From Malacoraja senta (taxonomy: Eukaryota), in NCBI GenBank assembly GCA_038087875.1, contig CM075997.1:4404001-4468000 (forward strand): 64,000 nt of DNA, written 5' to 3'. Under the pieces are notes generated by a model. The model searched no databases, was not told the DNA's origin, and saw only the letters and a program-made list of their open reading frames with translations. Numbering within the stretch: position 1 is the stretch's first letter; every line of letters starts with the position of its first letter. Positions 38,876 through 52,974 of this stretch are shown here, piece by piece. The translations under genes were made by a program, and so were the position numbers.

Positions 38876-39195
38876 TAACCATCCGTCCATCCATCATAGG
38901 CTCACCACTGTCCAGTGGCAGAGCACAGATGTGTTAGTTGACCTGGGCCCTTCAAGTTATGTCAGCCATTCCTTTAGTTTAGAGATACAGCGCAGAAACA
39001 GGCCCTTCTGTCCACCGAGTCCGCGCCAACCAGCGATCCCCACACACTGGTGACAATTGACTGTTATACCAAGCCAATTAACCTACAAACCTTTGTACCT
39101 CTTTGGAGTGTGAAGGGAAACGGGAGAAAACCCACGCAGGTCATGGGGAGAATGTACAAACTCCATACCGACAGCTCCTGTAGTCAGGATCGAAC

Positions 39196-42100
39196 ATGGA
39201 AGCAAGCGGCCGTTTCGGAATTCCAAGCCGCTGAGAGCGTTCTTCCGACTCCGGAGTTCCATCATTCCGGCGAGGGAAATTTAAGCAGAACTTAATATAG
39301 TATCTGCAAACAGCCCCGTATTGGCAATAGGCCGATGGTAAAAGTGTTGAAACACCAACTTATTGGATCACCCGGCGGCTGTGAAAATATGGTCGACGGG
39401 ACGTCCTTTGCCCTGGTTGTCAATGTTGCTGTTAAACTGAATGGAATGTAAAACCATCAATGTTCACACCTGCAGCCACCAAAACTTGTTTTTAACCATC
39501 TTAAAATAGTCTGAACTGACACTACCTTGTATGGTTGTTCGTGAATGATAAACAATCTTGTTTTCATATTTCATAAGACCTTTGTAGCCTCAATGTATTG
39601 CAACAAATATCTTAACATATAGATATGGATCCATAGAATATGCTAATAAACACTCTTGAATCTTATCACACCTGATCCAACTTAATTTGAGTAGGTCATC
39701 AAATGTAAAACATAACATAATCCTGAGGTACTTCTGTGAATCTGTAACTTTGTAATGTTACAAGTGCCAAGACTCCTTTGCTGAAGTAGCTTAAAACAAT
39801 TCTATATTCCAGATTCCCTCCTAGTTTTAGAAGGTCTGGAATTAAAATTCCTTTTATTAATCTGGAAATAAAAGAACGAGACTCAACAGGATGTCTTTCC
39901 AACCTCATCAAATAAAACCGAGGAATAATATACTTCTGTGTGAATAAATCGCACTATACCTCAACCCATTAAATAGAGGTCAATCCAAGATATTTGAGAT
40001 GTGCTGTACAACATTCCATATTCTTTTATACACAGACATTTTTTCCCCTCATTCTTTACCTAATGGGAAAGCAGTATTTACAGAGTCACAACTCAGATTC
40101 ACAAATGTACTGCTTTTGAGTACTCTTCCGCCAGACTGCTGTAAGCATGTCCACAGCGTGCCCAGACAATCCTCTTTTTAAAACCCTGCATCCATACAGG
40201 CATATGACGGATGTTACTCTCCAATTATCGAATACACCAGTAACTTCCTTCTTTTGGGAACATTTATCAGAAACTGTGTCATAAATTCCAATATCAAAGG
40301 GAACCATGGCTGCGTAGATCCGTCTGGTACCACGAATACCCCAGAGGCAGCATACTGCTTCGTTTTAAGCAGACACCGATTTATGAGACAGGATGAAGTA
40401 AAATGCATATAACAACATACCATCCCAATATAGCGAGAAACATCCATCGCTACTGTCTCCCGATGTAGTCCCATAACACATATCTCTGTAACTGGTGATT
40501 GAGTCTGGATGGAAACAAGTCATATCTGGCTTCCCAAATCTGACTATTATATCATTAAAAATCTTAAGGTTAAACATCCATTCTTTGTTTAAATGGAAAT
40601 TCCACCCATACAATTAATACAAGCCATTGCTGTAGTGTTGTTAATTTGAAACTGAACATGCAGATTAGTTGTATTTAACAACAAGCTTGTAGCTCATAAG
40701 CCTTCCAATAGACTTTAAAACGTCGATTCTCCATGTCTGTAAAATAATACTTCTTCCATATTCCATCTGTCCACAGATGGATACATTTTCAGTGGCACCA
40801 ATCCTAGTACACTGATATCAGTCTGTTTAAGACCATGGAAGGCTGTTCAATCCGTATCTTGCTTGAACTACTGACGACATGTTAAATCCACTACTGCAAT
40901 CAGAAGCAGCATTTGTTGTTTAATTACATGGCCTATCAAAAAATGGCCATCATGCATCTTAGCGTTTTTTCTTTTTGCAGTCTGCAGCTGCTGGTAGTCC
41001 AATGGCCCATATTGTATTGCTGGAAATAACACTAATTCTCCTAACAACTGGCCACCTGTCTTAATTGAAGATTGTTGCTTTTCCAACTGCTTAATACAAC
41101 CATCAATTAGCTTTACCATTTACCCTGGGTAAATTACTACCTTTTCAATTGAATCAAAATAATCAATTGTTGTAAGTACCGTTAACTTAATTTCTCTCTG
41201 GATGAATTAAACCCAACTTTTAAAAGTGGTTTGAATAATTTGAGAGAGATAACTCACGAATTCTCTTGTTCGTCCTAATTAGGACATCATCCAGTTAAGC
41301 CATCCACATCTGTCCTTGGCCTCTAATTAGCCGCAAAATTGGTTTTACCAATTTAGTGAATTTCTAGGGACTGAAGTTAACCCGTTAGACAGAACTTTGA
41401 ATTGCCATAATTGTTCCTTTAGATAATTTTATCTTATAAATGAACAAACATTAAGTAATATACATCGTTCAGGTCTATAAGTGCCATAAAACATATTTTT
41501 TGAAATAATTTGTTTGGCAGTCTCAAAGTCTCCATTTTGAAGTGTCTATACTTCACAATTTTTTTTTTAAACTTGTCAGATCTAAAATACTCCTCACCTT
41601 TTTAGGTTGAGAAATTTTAAACACAATTTGGTGGTTTTGATAAACCGACCTTTCAATTACTTGTTTATAAACAAGTTTTCAATTCAGCTTGAACCTCCAT
41701 CAATTATTTTTATGTGAAATTGCAGTGTTCTGCTTGGAACATGCTGGATGGCAAATCAGTATTTGAATCGAATCAATTAGAAACCTTCCTATAATACTCA
41801 GAATAATAACTGAAGTTGCTTCCAATATTTGGCTGTTTTTGCCTTAATATATTCCCATAAGAACCAGGTCCACCTACCTCCTTTGTCATCTGAGTGACCT
41901 GTGGTCCCTGGCTCCTGGCAGGCAAAACCCACGCTTTTTCATTTTCCTGCTGCAGGACATCAACTGCGCACCTGCTTCAATGGTCGATTTGCTCCTGATG
42001 TCGGTCCAGGATTTTGTATGATGTCTGAAAGGATACGTCCTCTTTGCAGACTTGACGACCATTGATGTTGTGATCAACTTTGCTGTTTTTGCCTCATTAT

Positions 42101-43510
42101 CCAACTCTTTCCCACGATTCATGAGGTTTTTTTTTCTCTGAAGAATAAGTTGAATGACTGCACATTGCTGGGCTTTACAGAGTTGCTGCAACTTTGGGTT
42201 GATGGTGGACCGAATGGCATACTTCCTGAAACAATTCATCTTGAAGTGGGCGCTACATAGCAACCTTAGTGCCACTTGATGCATCTCCATCCATGGCCTC
42301 CATCCATTGTTTTGCAAATTGCAGTTGTTCATCAACCGAGCAGCTTCAATTTTCTCTGCAGTTTACTTTCCTTAGGCTTACATGCCTTCGCCCATCTGAC
42401 CCCTTATCTTGGTTCACTGCTAGTACTTTCAGCAATACGCAGTTCCTTGGGATCTCGTGCTTTTTTGGCATTTTCATCCATCGTAAGCTACTAGAGCTGA
42501 TGGTAGACACAATAGTTGATCACAGAGGCCACTTCCTTTCCAAGTGGCTCTCCTGACTCTGACGGGGCAGCGAATCGTACTACCAGGAATAAAACATCTG
42601 GCAGCTGCCGTCTTCACTTGTATCGGCCTCACCGTCAGACTCAGGGTCAGAACTCTCACAGAGCAGCAAATCGTACTGCCAGGAATAGCCCATCTGGCAG
42701 CTGCCGTCTTCACTTGTGTTGGAAACTCTGCTGACCCTGTGCACGCGCCTCATCAATGAGGGTGCTATCAAGCAGCCCTTTACTAGGTGCTGCTGACCTG
42801 GCTTCTGGAGCCTGGTTCTGACATCACTCCTCCTGGAGTATGTTTTGTTGGAGCAACCTGTGTACAGGTTCTCCATTTGGAATATCCACTTCAGAAAGTG
42901 GTATCCAACCTTGGAGGTGAACCCTAACTGACTCTTGCTCCATAACCCTGACTTGTATGGTGCCTAGCACCCAACTGACGCTGGCTCCGTTCTTTAATGC
43001 ACAAGTCCACAGTTCGCCCCGCTCCCAGCCGGCGACTGTTGTAGGGTATGAGGCAGTCCTTTACCGACCGCATTCCCGCAGCTTTTTATCGGCTTTGCCT
43101 TGCCCCACTGGTGCTGACTAAATTCCCTTCAGCCCCAATATCCACAGTCGCTATGCTGTCGACTGTACCGTGGTCAGAGGCGGCTGGTCGCCGACCACAA
43201 TATTGCGACTTTATACCGGCTGTGCCGCTCGCCTCCACCACTTGCCCGTTTTTTCCATGATGCCTGTGGAAAAATCCCCACAGACCCACAGCAAACGGAC
43301 AGAGAAATACTTGAAAAAAGGTTATACTTCCCTTGTAGTTTAAAACCACAATTCCACTAGAGGAGCGCGCGTCATTACGTCAGACGCATTGGCGCAAACG
43401 GACGCGAGGAGCTCCTCGCGTCCGTTTACGCCAATGCGTCTGACGTAATGACGCGCAGGCGCGCTGGTGGGGTTCTTCAAGTAGTCACTCACGTGACTCC
43501 GAAGTAAAAT
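39196..43510 (-). mobile_element. Decayed DIRS-type tyrosine-recombinase retrotransposon
   Basis: Minus-strand remnants: RT QLWQFKVLSNGLTSVPR and MA*LDDVLI (41270-41415); RFGKPD-type RNaseH/methyltransferase region (~40300-40700); YR C-terminus HIFTAAG*SNKLVFQHFYHRP (39330-39400); gag-like region 41900-43260. It interrupts a SINE that breaks at 39195 and resumes at ~43612. Confidence 0.82.
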
Positions 43511-44929
43511 GTTAAATTCTATAGTGTTGTGTTTATTTTATTGGTGTGCTGCAATGGTAACTGAAATTTCACTGCACCAATTGGTGTAAATGTCCTTTGT
43601 CCTTTGTCCTTGTCTCTGGCGCTGTAAGGCAGCAACTCTACCGCTGCGCCACCGTGCCACCCCATTAATTACTAGTTAATATAACATTGCCTTCATTCAC
43701 CTGATTAGAGTCACTGACCCGGATGGAGAAGGTAAGTGACAGTAGATTATTTGTTTATGCTTCGGCTTAATATTTTCAATTATGTTTGAAGTGGAAGATA
43801 CACCTTGGGCCCACCAAGCCCATCCATCACATTGATGTTCATATTAGTTCAATATTATCCCACTTTGGCATCTACTCCCTACACAACAGGCCAACTTACA
43901 GAGGCCAATTAGCCTACTAACCCAAGATAGACACAAAATGCTGGAGTAACTCAGCGGACCATTGCGATCTCCACCTTTCCTTCATCATCGTTGCGAGCTT
44001 TGATTTGTTCTTTTCATACCTATCATTCATTTGTTCTTTATATCTTTTTATACCTCAAGTTTCCCTCTCCCCTGACTCTCAGTCTGAAGAAGAGTCTCGA
44101 CTTGAAACGTCACCTATTCCTTTTCTCCAGAGATGCTGCCTGACCCGCTGGGCATTTTGTGTCTATCTTCGTGCAAACCAGCATCTGCGATTCCTTCCTA
44201 CACATTTAACCTTCAAACCCTTATGTCTCGTGGGAGGAAACCCGAGTGCCCGGAGAAAACCCATGCAGTCGCAGGGAGAACATGCAAACTCCACACCAAC
44301 AGTGCCGAAGGTCAGGATCAAACCCAGGTCTCTACTGCTGAGACAGCAGCTCTACCAGCTAGGCCAGTCTACCATTCTAACCACAAAACATGTTTTCAAG
44401 GAATTATTTCCTTGGAACATTTTGTTTGCAATTATCTAAATCTATTTCTTCTGGTTTAGATGTCTTTTAATAAAAGAAACATTCAGAAGCCGTCACCAAG
44501 GTAAGATGTTAGAAGGGTTTGAAGGCGAATGGAAGAGGGGGATGCTGGAGCCTTAACATCCACCACCAGAGGTCTGGGTCACCTCATGAAGAATGCTCTG
44601 CATGGTGAGATGCTTGCAATGGCAAGGTCTGGAGACCATTTGCCCACGTGGTGTGTAAAATAGTAGGGCGGCCTCAGGAATGGTTCAATGGATTAGTGGT
44701 AGGAGTGGGTTAAATGAAACCTGATCTGGCCCATTATTCATGATGTTCCCAACCAACTGGGCTCTCTTCCCCAGTGGAATATAGAGTCATACAGTGTGGA
44801 AACAGGCTCTTCGACCCAACTTGCCCACACTGTCCAACATGTCCCATCCACACTAGTCCCATCTGCCTGCATTTGGCCCATATCCCTCTAAACCTGTTGT
44901 ATCCATGCACCTGTCTAACTGTTTCTTAA

Positions 44930-45620
44930 TCAGATTCAGATTCCACTTTATTGTCATTGTGCAGTGTACAGTACAGAGACAACGAAATGCAGTTAGCATC
45001 TCCCTAGAAGAGCGACATAAATATGAGCAGTAAATAAATAAATCTAATCTAATAAATCCTGGTGGGAGGAGTGTCCGGGGGGGGGGGTGTGATTGGCAGT
45101 CACCGAGGTACAGTGTTGAGTAGTGTAACCGCCGCAGGGAAGAAGCTGTTCCTGGACCTGCTGGTCCGGCAACGGAGGGACCTGTAGCGCCTCCCGGATG
45201 GTAGGAGGGTAAACAGTCTGTGGTTGGGGTGAGAGCAGTCCTTGGCGATGCTGAGCGCCCTTCGCAGACAACGCTTGCTTTGGACAGACTCAATGGTGGA
45301 GAGTGAGGAACCGGTGATGCGTTGGGCAATTTTCACCACCCTCTGCAGTGCTTTCCGGTCGGAGACCGAGCAGTTGCCATACCATACTGTGATGCAGTTG
45401 GTAAGGATGCTCTCGATGGTGCAGCGGTAGAAGTTCACCAGAATCCGAGGAGACAGATGGACCTTCTTTAGTCTCCTCAGGAAGAAGAGACGCTGGTGAG
45501 CCTTCTTGACCAGAGTTGAGGTATTGTTGGTCCAAGAGAGGTCATCGGAGATGTTGACCCCCAGGAACCTGAAGCTGGAAACACGTTCCACCTCCCTCCC
45601 GTTAATGTGGATGGGGGTGT
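44930..45620 (-). mobile_element. Rex1/Babar-clade LINE 3' fragment
   Basis: ERVSSFRFLGVNISDDLSW...KKAHQRLFFLRRL...LLPSGRRYRS...RNSFFPAAV. Related fragments at 3295-3665, 11372-11895, 52450-52975 and 62790-63300. Confidence 0.85.
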
Positions 45621-46048
45621 GGACGTTGCAATGGTATCAGCCTCAACTACCTCCTTTGGCAGCTCATTCCATACACCCACCACCCTTTGTGTAAAAATGT
45701 TACCCCCTCCAGATTCCTATTAAATCTTTTCCCCTTCACGTTCAACCTGTCTCCTCTGGTTTTCGATTCCCCTACTCTGGGCAAGAGACTCTGTGCGTCT
45801 ACCTGATCTATTCCTCTCATGATTTTATACACCTCCATATGATCATCCCTCATTCTCCTGTGCTCTAAGGGACTAGAGTCCCAGCCTGCTCAACCTCTCC
45901 CTGTAGCTCAGACCCTCGAGTCCTGGCATCATCCTTGTAATATGAGGTGCTGTTCCTCCATTTCGCGGGTGGCCTCACGTTGGCATTGAAGAAGGCCAAG
46001 GACATAGAAAGGTTGTCGTGGAAGTGGGAAGGGGAGTTAAAATGGTTA

Positions 46049-46379
46049 AGGGCCTGTCCCACTTTCCCAAGTTATTCACGAATTCTCCCGAGTTTTCAAA
46101 CTCGCAGAATGTTCGTAACGAGTCTGTAGGAGTCCGTGGATATATCGTAGCGGCTCGTTATTCCAGCTGTAGTTACTCAGGGCTATTTTTTTACTCGTGG
46201 ACATTTTTGATCAGGCTGGAAAAAACGTCCCGACTTACCTGATGCCCCGAATACCTACGGCTGGCATAACGAGCCGCTACGATATATCCACGGACTCCTA
46301 CGGACTCGTTACGAACATTCTGCGAGTTTGAAAGCTCGGGAGAATTCGTGAATAACGCGGGAAAGTGGGACAGGCCCCT
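46049..46379. mobile_element. PIF/Harbinger-type MITE, largely palindromic
   Basis: TTA TSD and ~120-bp inverted arms. Inserted in a Penelope fragment (aaatggtta|gcaacc). Confidence 0.85.
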
Positions 46380-46572
46380 TTAGCAACCAGTTCTATCGTG
46401 TCGATTTGAAATAGATTTCACATGCCATACCAAATGTAGCCACAGGATGTCAGTATCGTGTCACAAATGAGTTTGTATAGGACAGAACTGCAGATGCTGG
46501 TTTACACCGCGGATAGGACAAAATGCTGGAGTAACTCAGCGGGACAGGCAGCATCTCTAGAGAGAAGGAATG

Positions 46573-46606
46573 GGTGACGTTTCGGGTCGAGACCCTTCTT
46601 CAGACT
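46573..46606 (-). ncRNA. Minimal type-I hammerhead ribozyme motif in a Penelope terminal repeat (representative of many copies)
   Basis: AGU CUGAAGA A GGGUC UC GACCC GAAAC GUC ACC: CUGANGA and GAAA cores, stem II GGGUC/GACCC, palindromic loopless stem III (ACGU), GUC cleavage triplet, 2-bp stem I. Other copies at ~14716, 19791, 28207, 33033, 36190, 44083 and 51190. Confidence 0.65.
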
Positions 46607-47328
46607 AAGTCATGGAGTGGGACCAGGAGGTCAAAAGATCGTAAGGAATAGCAGCAGAATTAGGCCAGTCACCCATCAAGTCTACTCTGCCATCCAATCA
46701 TGGCTGATCTATCTCTCCCTCCTAACCCCATTCTCCTGCCTTCTCCCCATAACCTTGTACTAATCAAGAATCTATCAATCTCTGCCTTAAAAATATCCAC
46801 TGAGGCCCTCCACAGCCTTCTGTGGCAATAAATTCCACAGATTCACCACCCTCGGACTAAAGCAATTTCTTGTCATCTCCTTCCTAAAAGAACGTCCTTT
46901 AATTCTGAGGCTGTGACCTCTAGTCCTAGACTCTCCCACTGGTGGAAACATCCTCTCCACATCCACTCTATCCAGGCCTTTCACTATTCTGTAAGTTTCA
47001 ATGAGGTCCCCCCCTCATTCTTCTAAACTCCAGTGAGTACAGGCCCAGTGTCGACAAACGCTCATCGTAGGTTAACCCACTCATTCCTGGGATCATTCTT
47101 GGTAACCTCCTCTGGTCCCTCTCCAGAGCCAGCACATCCTTCCTCAGATATGGTGCCCAAAATTGCTCACAGCTTTGACTAGTGAGTGCGTTAGTTTTTT
47201 CCATTCTGCAAACATTTGAAACTCAGTTTCACAGTGTTTCTTCCAAATCATTTTTGCATTTAATTTGTCGAAAAGATATGCAATCCATGCACTGCTCTGC
47301 AACTTGGTAACATTGTGAAAAGCAATAA

Positions 47329-47748
47329 AGGGCCTGTCCCACTTTCACGACTTAATTCAAAACCTCTGCCGAGTTTAAAGGACCTAAAAAAAATCAAGGT
47401 TGTGGTAATCTACGAACTCCTACGACACTTCCACAACTATGTTCACGAACTCCTACGAGTATGTCTACGAATTCCCACCACTATTTCGATGCCCTCCTTA
47501 CGAGTAAAAAGTTGCAATTTCTTTCATCCCGACCATTTTTTTACTCGTGGCCATTTTTTATCGGGCTGGAAAAAACGTCCCGACTTACCTGATGCCAAGA
47601 CTACCTACGGCTGGCAGAACGAGCCGCTACGGTATACCTACAAACTCCTACGGCCTCCTACGGACTCGTTACGAACATTCTGCGAGTTTGAATCAAGGGG
47701 AGAAGTCGGGAGAATTCGTGAATAACTCGGGAAAGTGGGACAGGCCCT
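47329..47748. mobile_element. PIF/Harbinger-type MITE
   Basis: Same TIR. Right half resembles the 46049 element and left end resembles the 32405 element. Confidence 0.8.
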
Positions 47749-49662
47749 GACCTCAGCACCAGAAACCAAGACATTCCCACACTAACCTGTATGTAAATGT
47801 TCGTTCATCATCACCTGTCTAAATCCAGGGATTACCTTTCATACTGTGGTAGCACCTTCACCAGGTCAGTGGCATTTCAAGATGATGAAATAAGAACTGA
47901 TATTGCTCGAGTAAAACCCAGTGGAATGAAAATCAATTCTGTTCCAGTCAGGTATGGTATACAATTATAAAAGGACTGGACAAGCTAGATGCAGGAAAAA
48001 TGTTCCCAATGTTGGGCGAGTCCAGAACCAGGGGCCACAGTCTTAGAATAAAGGGGAGGCCATTTAAGACTGAGGTGAGAAAAAACGTTTTCACCCAGAG
48101 AGTTGTGAATTTGTGGAATTTCCTGCCACAAAGGGCAGTGGAGGCCAAATCACTGGATGGATTTAAGAGAGAGTTAGATAGAGCTCTAGGGGCTAGTGGT
48201 GTCAAGGGATATGGGGAGAAGGCAGGCATGGGTTATTGATTGGGGACGAACAGCCATGATCACAATGAATGGCGGTGCTGGCTCGAAGGGCCGAATGGCC
48301 TCCTCCTCCACATATTTTCTATGTTTCTATGTCTTCCATGGATTTCGTTTTAGAGATACTGCGCGGAATCAGGCCCTTCGGCCCACCGGGTCCGCGCTGA
48401 CCAGCGATCCCCGCACACTAACACGATTCTACACACACTTGGGACAATTTACCAAGCCAATTAACGTACAAATCTGTACGTCTTTAGAGTGTGGGAGGAA
48501 ACCGAAGATCTCGGAGAAAACCCACGCAGGTCACGTGGAGAACGTACAAACTCCATACAGACAGCACCCGTAGTCAGGATCGAACCCGGGTCTATAGCGC
48601 TGTAAGGCAGCAACTCTACCGCTGCGCCACCGTGCCGCCCTGTCACGGATGTCCGCCAAGGCCTGCTGGATCACCCGGTTGCTGAACCCCCGTTCCCACA
48701 CTGACCTCTCTGTCCTGGGCCTCCTCCACTGTCAGAGTGAGGCCAAATGCAAATTGGAGGAACATCACCTCATATTCTGCACGGGTAGCTTACACCCCAG
48801 CGCTATGAATAGTGATTTCTCTAACTTCAAGTAACCCTTGCACCCCCCCTCCCCCTCTCCCCCCGTCCCAGCCCCACCCTGGTCATTGTACTAGTTTCAC
48901 TGTCGTCCTGTTGAGTTTCACTGTCTGTGCAACTCGTGATCACCTTCCCCACAGCCAACAATGGACCATTGTGGGCTCCACCTTTCCTTGATCATCGCTG
49001 CTTTTGGCATATCTTTCATTCATTTGTTCTTTGTACTGTCTGTATCCCTCTCGTTTCCCTCTCCCCCTGACTCGCAGTCTGAAGTGTAGTGAGTGAAGGG
49101 GAGTATGTGCGGGGATCGCTGGTCGGCGGGGCCTTGGTGGGCCGGAGAGCCTGTTTCCCCGCTGTATCTCCAAACTAAAAGATGGATGACTCCAGATGTT
49201 TCCACCATTCAGGCCATTCATCAGGCCAGATGTTGCCAGACAGCTCAATGTGATGTAATAGTTCCTCTCGGGGGATGTGTTAGAACCTGTTCCCTTATTT
49301 TCAAGTTTCCACCCAAACTACCCTTGGTTTCTGATACAGGCAATAATCTCTAACTCTGTCCTTGTGTGTCGGAATGTATGAGGTGCTGCTGCTATCTTTG
49401 CACCGCCTTGCCACAGACCTATTAACCCTTCACCATCACCAGACTCTTAACCTTATAGCACTGATATTAAATTCACTTAATGTTTCCTGCCTTTCGGACA
49501 GTCTCCAGCGAGGTGCAGCACGGTGATGCATCAGGTAGAGCTGCTGCCTCACAGCGCCAGAGACCCAGGTTTCATCCGGACCGCGGGTGCTGTCTGTGTG
49601 GAGTGTGCAAGTTCTCCCTGTGACCACATTTGTTTGTTCCCGGTGCTTCAGTTTCCTCACTC

Positions 49663-50310
<648 letters not shown>

Positions 50311-50748
50311 ATTGCTCCTCTTTTATTTATTTCCTCTGGATAAAAATATAATAATCACTGAAGCAATAGTATAATTTAGTTTAGTTTATTGTCCTGCGTA
50401 CCGAGGTACAGTGAAAAGGTTTAGTTGGGTGCTAACCAGTCAGTGGAGACAATACATGATTACAATCGAGCCGTCCACAGTGTACAGACACACTGATAGC
50501 TGATGACCACCAGATGACAATCCAAGCCCATCGTCCAGTTGGAAGGGCATCAGCTACTGCATTCAGCTCCTGCCAACTCAGATGTTGCTCCAATGACTGA
50601 TGACTCCAGATGTCTTCACCATTAGGGCCATTCATCAGGCCAGATGTTGACAGATGTTACCCCATGAAAATACTGGCTCTCGGGGGATGTGTGAGAATCT
50701 GTTCCCTTATTTTCTAGTTTCCACCCAAACTAACCTTGGTTCTTGATG

Positions 50749-50879
50749 GAGTCTTGAAGGGTCTCGACCCGAAACGTCACCCATTCCTTCGCTCCATAGA
50801 GGCTGCCTCACCCGCTGAGTTTCTCCAGCATTTTTGTCTACCTTCAATTTTTCCAGCATCTGCAGTTCTTTCTCAAACA
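50749..50879 (+). mobile_element. Solo Penelope terminal-repeat insertion
   Basis: 13-bp TSD ttggttcttgatg (50736-50748 and 50880-50892). The paralogous site at ~49325 is empty. Confidence 0.85.
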
Positions 50880-51689
50880 TTGGTTCTTGATGCAGTCAAT
50901 AATAATCTCAAAATCTGTCCTTATGTGCCTGAATGTATCAGATACTTTAATTCAGTTTAGTTTAGTTCAGAGATACAGCGCCGAAACGGGCCCTTCAGCC
51001 CACCAAGTCCGCACCGACCAGCAATCCCCGCACATTAATATCATTCTACACACTAGGGACAATTTACATTTATACCAAGCCAATTAACTTACAAACCTTT
51101 TGTTTGAGAAAGAACTGCAGATGCTGGTGAAATCGAAAATGGTGGAGAAACTCAGTGGGTGAGGCAGCATCTATGGAGAGAAGGGATTGGCAACGTTTCG
51201 GGTCGAGACCCTTCTTCAGACAGTCTACAAAACCTGTACGTCTTTGGAGTGTGGGAGGAAACTGAAGATCTCGGAGAAAACCCACGCAGGTCACGGGGAG
51301 AACGTGCAAACTCCGTACAGACAGCACCTGTAGTCGGGATCGAACCCGGGTCACCGGCGCTGCAAGCGCTGTAAGGCAGCAAATCTACCGCTGTGCCTCT
51401 GTGCCGCCCCTTCTGCTGCTAACGTTGCACAGCTTTGCCACAGATCTACGAACTCTTTACTAACAGCGGACTCTAAGCCCCATACACAGTTATTAAACGC
51501 ACTTGAAGTGCCCTGACATGCAGACAAGCCTCGAGCAAGTGGTTCAAGATGATGCCTAACCATCTTCCCATGTGTGGTGAGGAATGGGCATCACTTTGCC
51601 AACTGATGCCCAAATCACAGCTCCGTCTGCGGAGAATCAGAGGGCAACATAAAGAAGCATTATCGCGCGCCAACCGTCTGCTACTCTTG

Positions 51690-52210
51690 CGGGCTGGAAG
51701 AGTCTGTGTGAATATGTGTACATGGAGTGTGTGAAGCTGCAACCCCTGTTCCAATATCTAAAGGGGCTTCTGTCTGCTCTTCACGCCCACCATCCTCATC
51801 TGTGGACACCCTGTGCGTAGGGGAGAGGGTAGGAGCTGAAGATGTCCTGGTTGGGCTGTTCCTGGGCCTGGCCAAGCTGGCCATCCATCCGCGAGTCACG
51901 GCGCCAGGCGGAAGAGGGCTCTGCCCGAGACGGCTGCCTGCCCCTTATCCGGGGGTTACGTCCGCGCCCGGGTGGTGCTAGCGGGGGACTACGCGCTGTC
52001 CACGGGCGCCACGGGGGATTTCCGGGACCGCTGGGCACCGCGGGGGTGGAATGTATCATTAATTATGATGGGGAAATAGTAGATTAATAGAATATTTGAC
52101 ATTGAAGAATATTTATTTGCTTGCACTATGGTGGCGGGTTTTGTTTTGAATTATTTTGTATGTACATATTATTGTAAATAATTGAATACATTATTTTTGT
52201 TTAAAAAAAG
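51690..52210 (+). mobile_element. Tx1-like ORF2 3' fragment with poly-A
   Basis: Homologous to 18115-18515. AT-rich 3' UTR ending ttaaaaaaa. Confidence 0.7.
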
Positions 52211-52974
52211 CATCATCAGAGACTCACGTCAAAGACTCAGTGAAAGACTGTACTCTCATTTCACTCTAACCATTGAGAAGAAGGTACAGGACTAACACGT
52301 TCAAGAATAGCATCTTCCTAACAACCATCAGGCTCTTGAACACAGCACAGCACTAACCTCGACAATGAACTTGGTTCCACTAAGGGCTTCGGTTTTTCTG
52401 CACTGGTGATGTATTGATTTTTTTGTTTCTTATATTGTATTTCCAGGCCTATCGGGAAGCATCACGGCACGGTTTTGGGAACAGCTCCGTCCAAGACCAC
52501 AAGAAATTGCAGAGAATTGTGGACGCAGCCCAGACCATCACACAGACCAACCTCCCTTCCATTGTCTCCATCTACACCTCACGCTGCATAATCCAGGACC
52601 AGTCTCACCCCGGTCACGGTCATTCCCTCTTCTCCCCTCCCCCATCGGGCAAGAGGTACAGAAGTGTGAAATCACACACCTCCAGATTCAGGGACAGTTT
52701 CTTCCCAGCTGTTATCAGGCAACTGAATCATCCTACCACAACCAGAGAGCAGTCCTGAACTACTATCTACGTCATTAGAGACCCTCGGACTATCTTTGAT
52801 TGAACTTTATTGGGCTTTATCTTGCACTAAACGTTATTCCAAATGTTATTAACGTTATTTCCTTTAACATGTTTCGGTACATTGTGAATGGCTCGATTGT
52901 AATCATGTGTTGTCTTTCCGCTGACTGGTTAGCACGCAACAAAGGCTTTTCACTGTACCTCGGTACACGTGACA

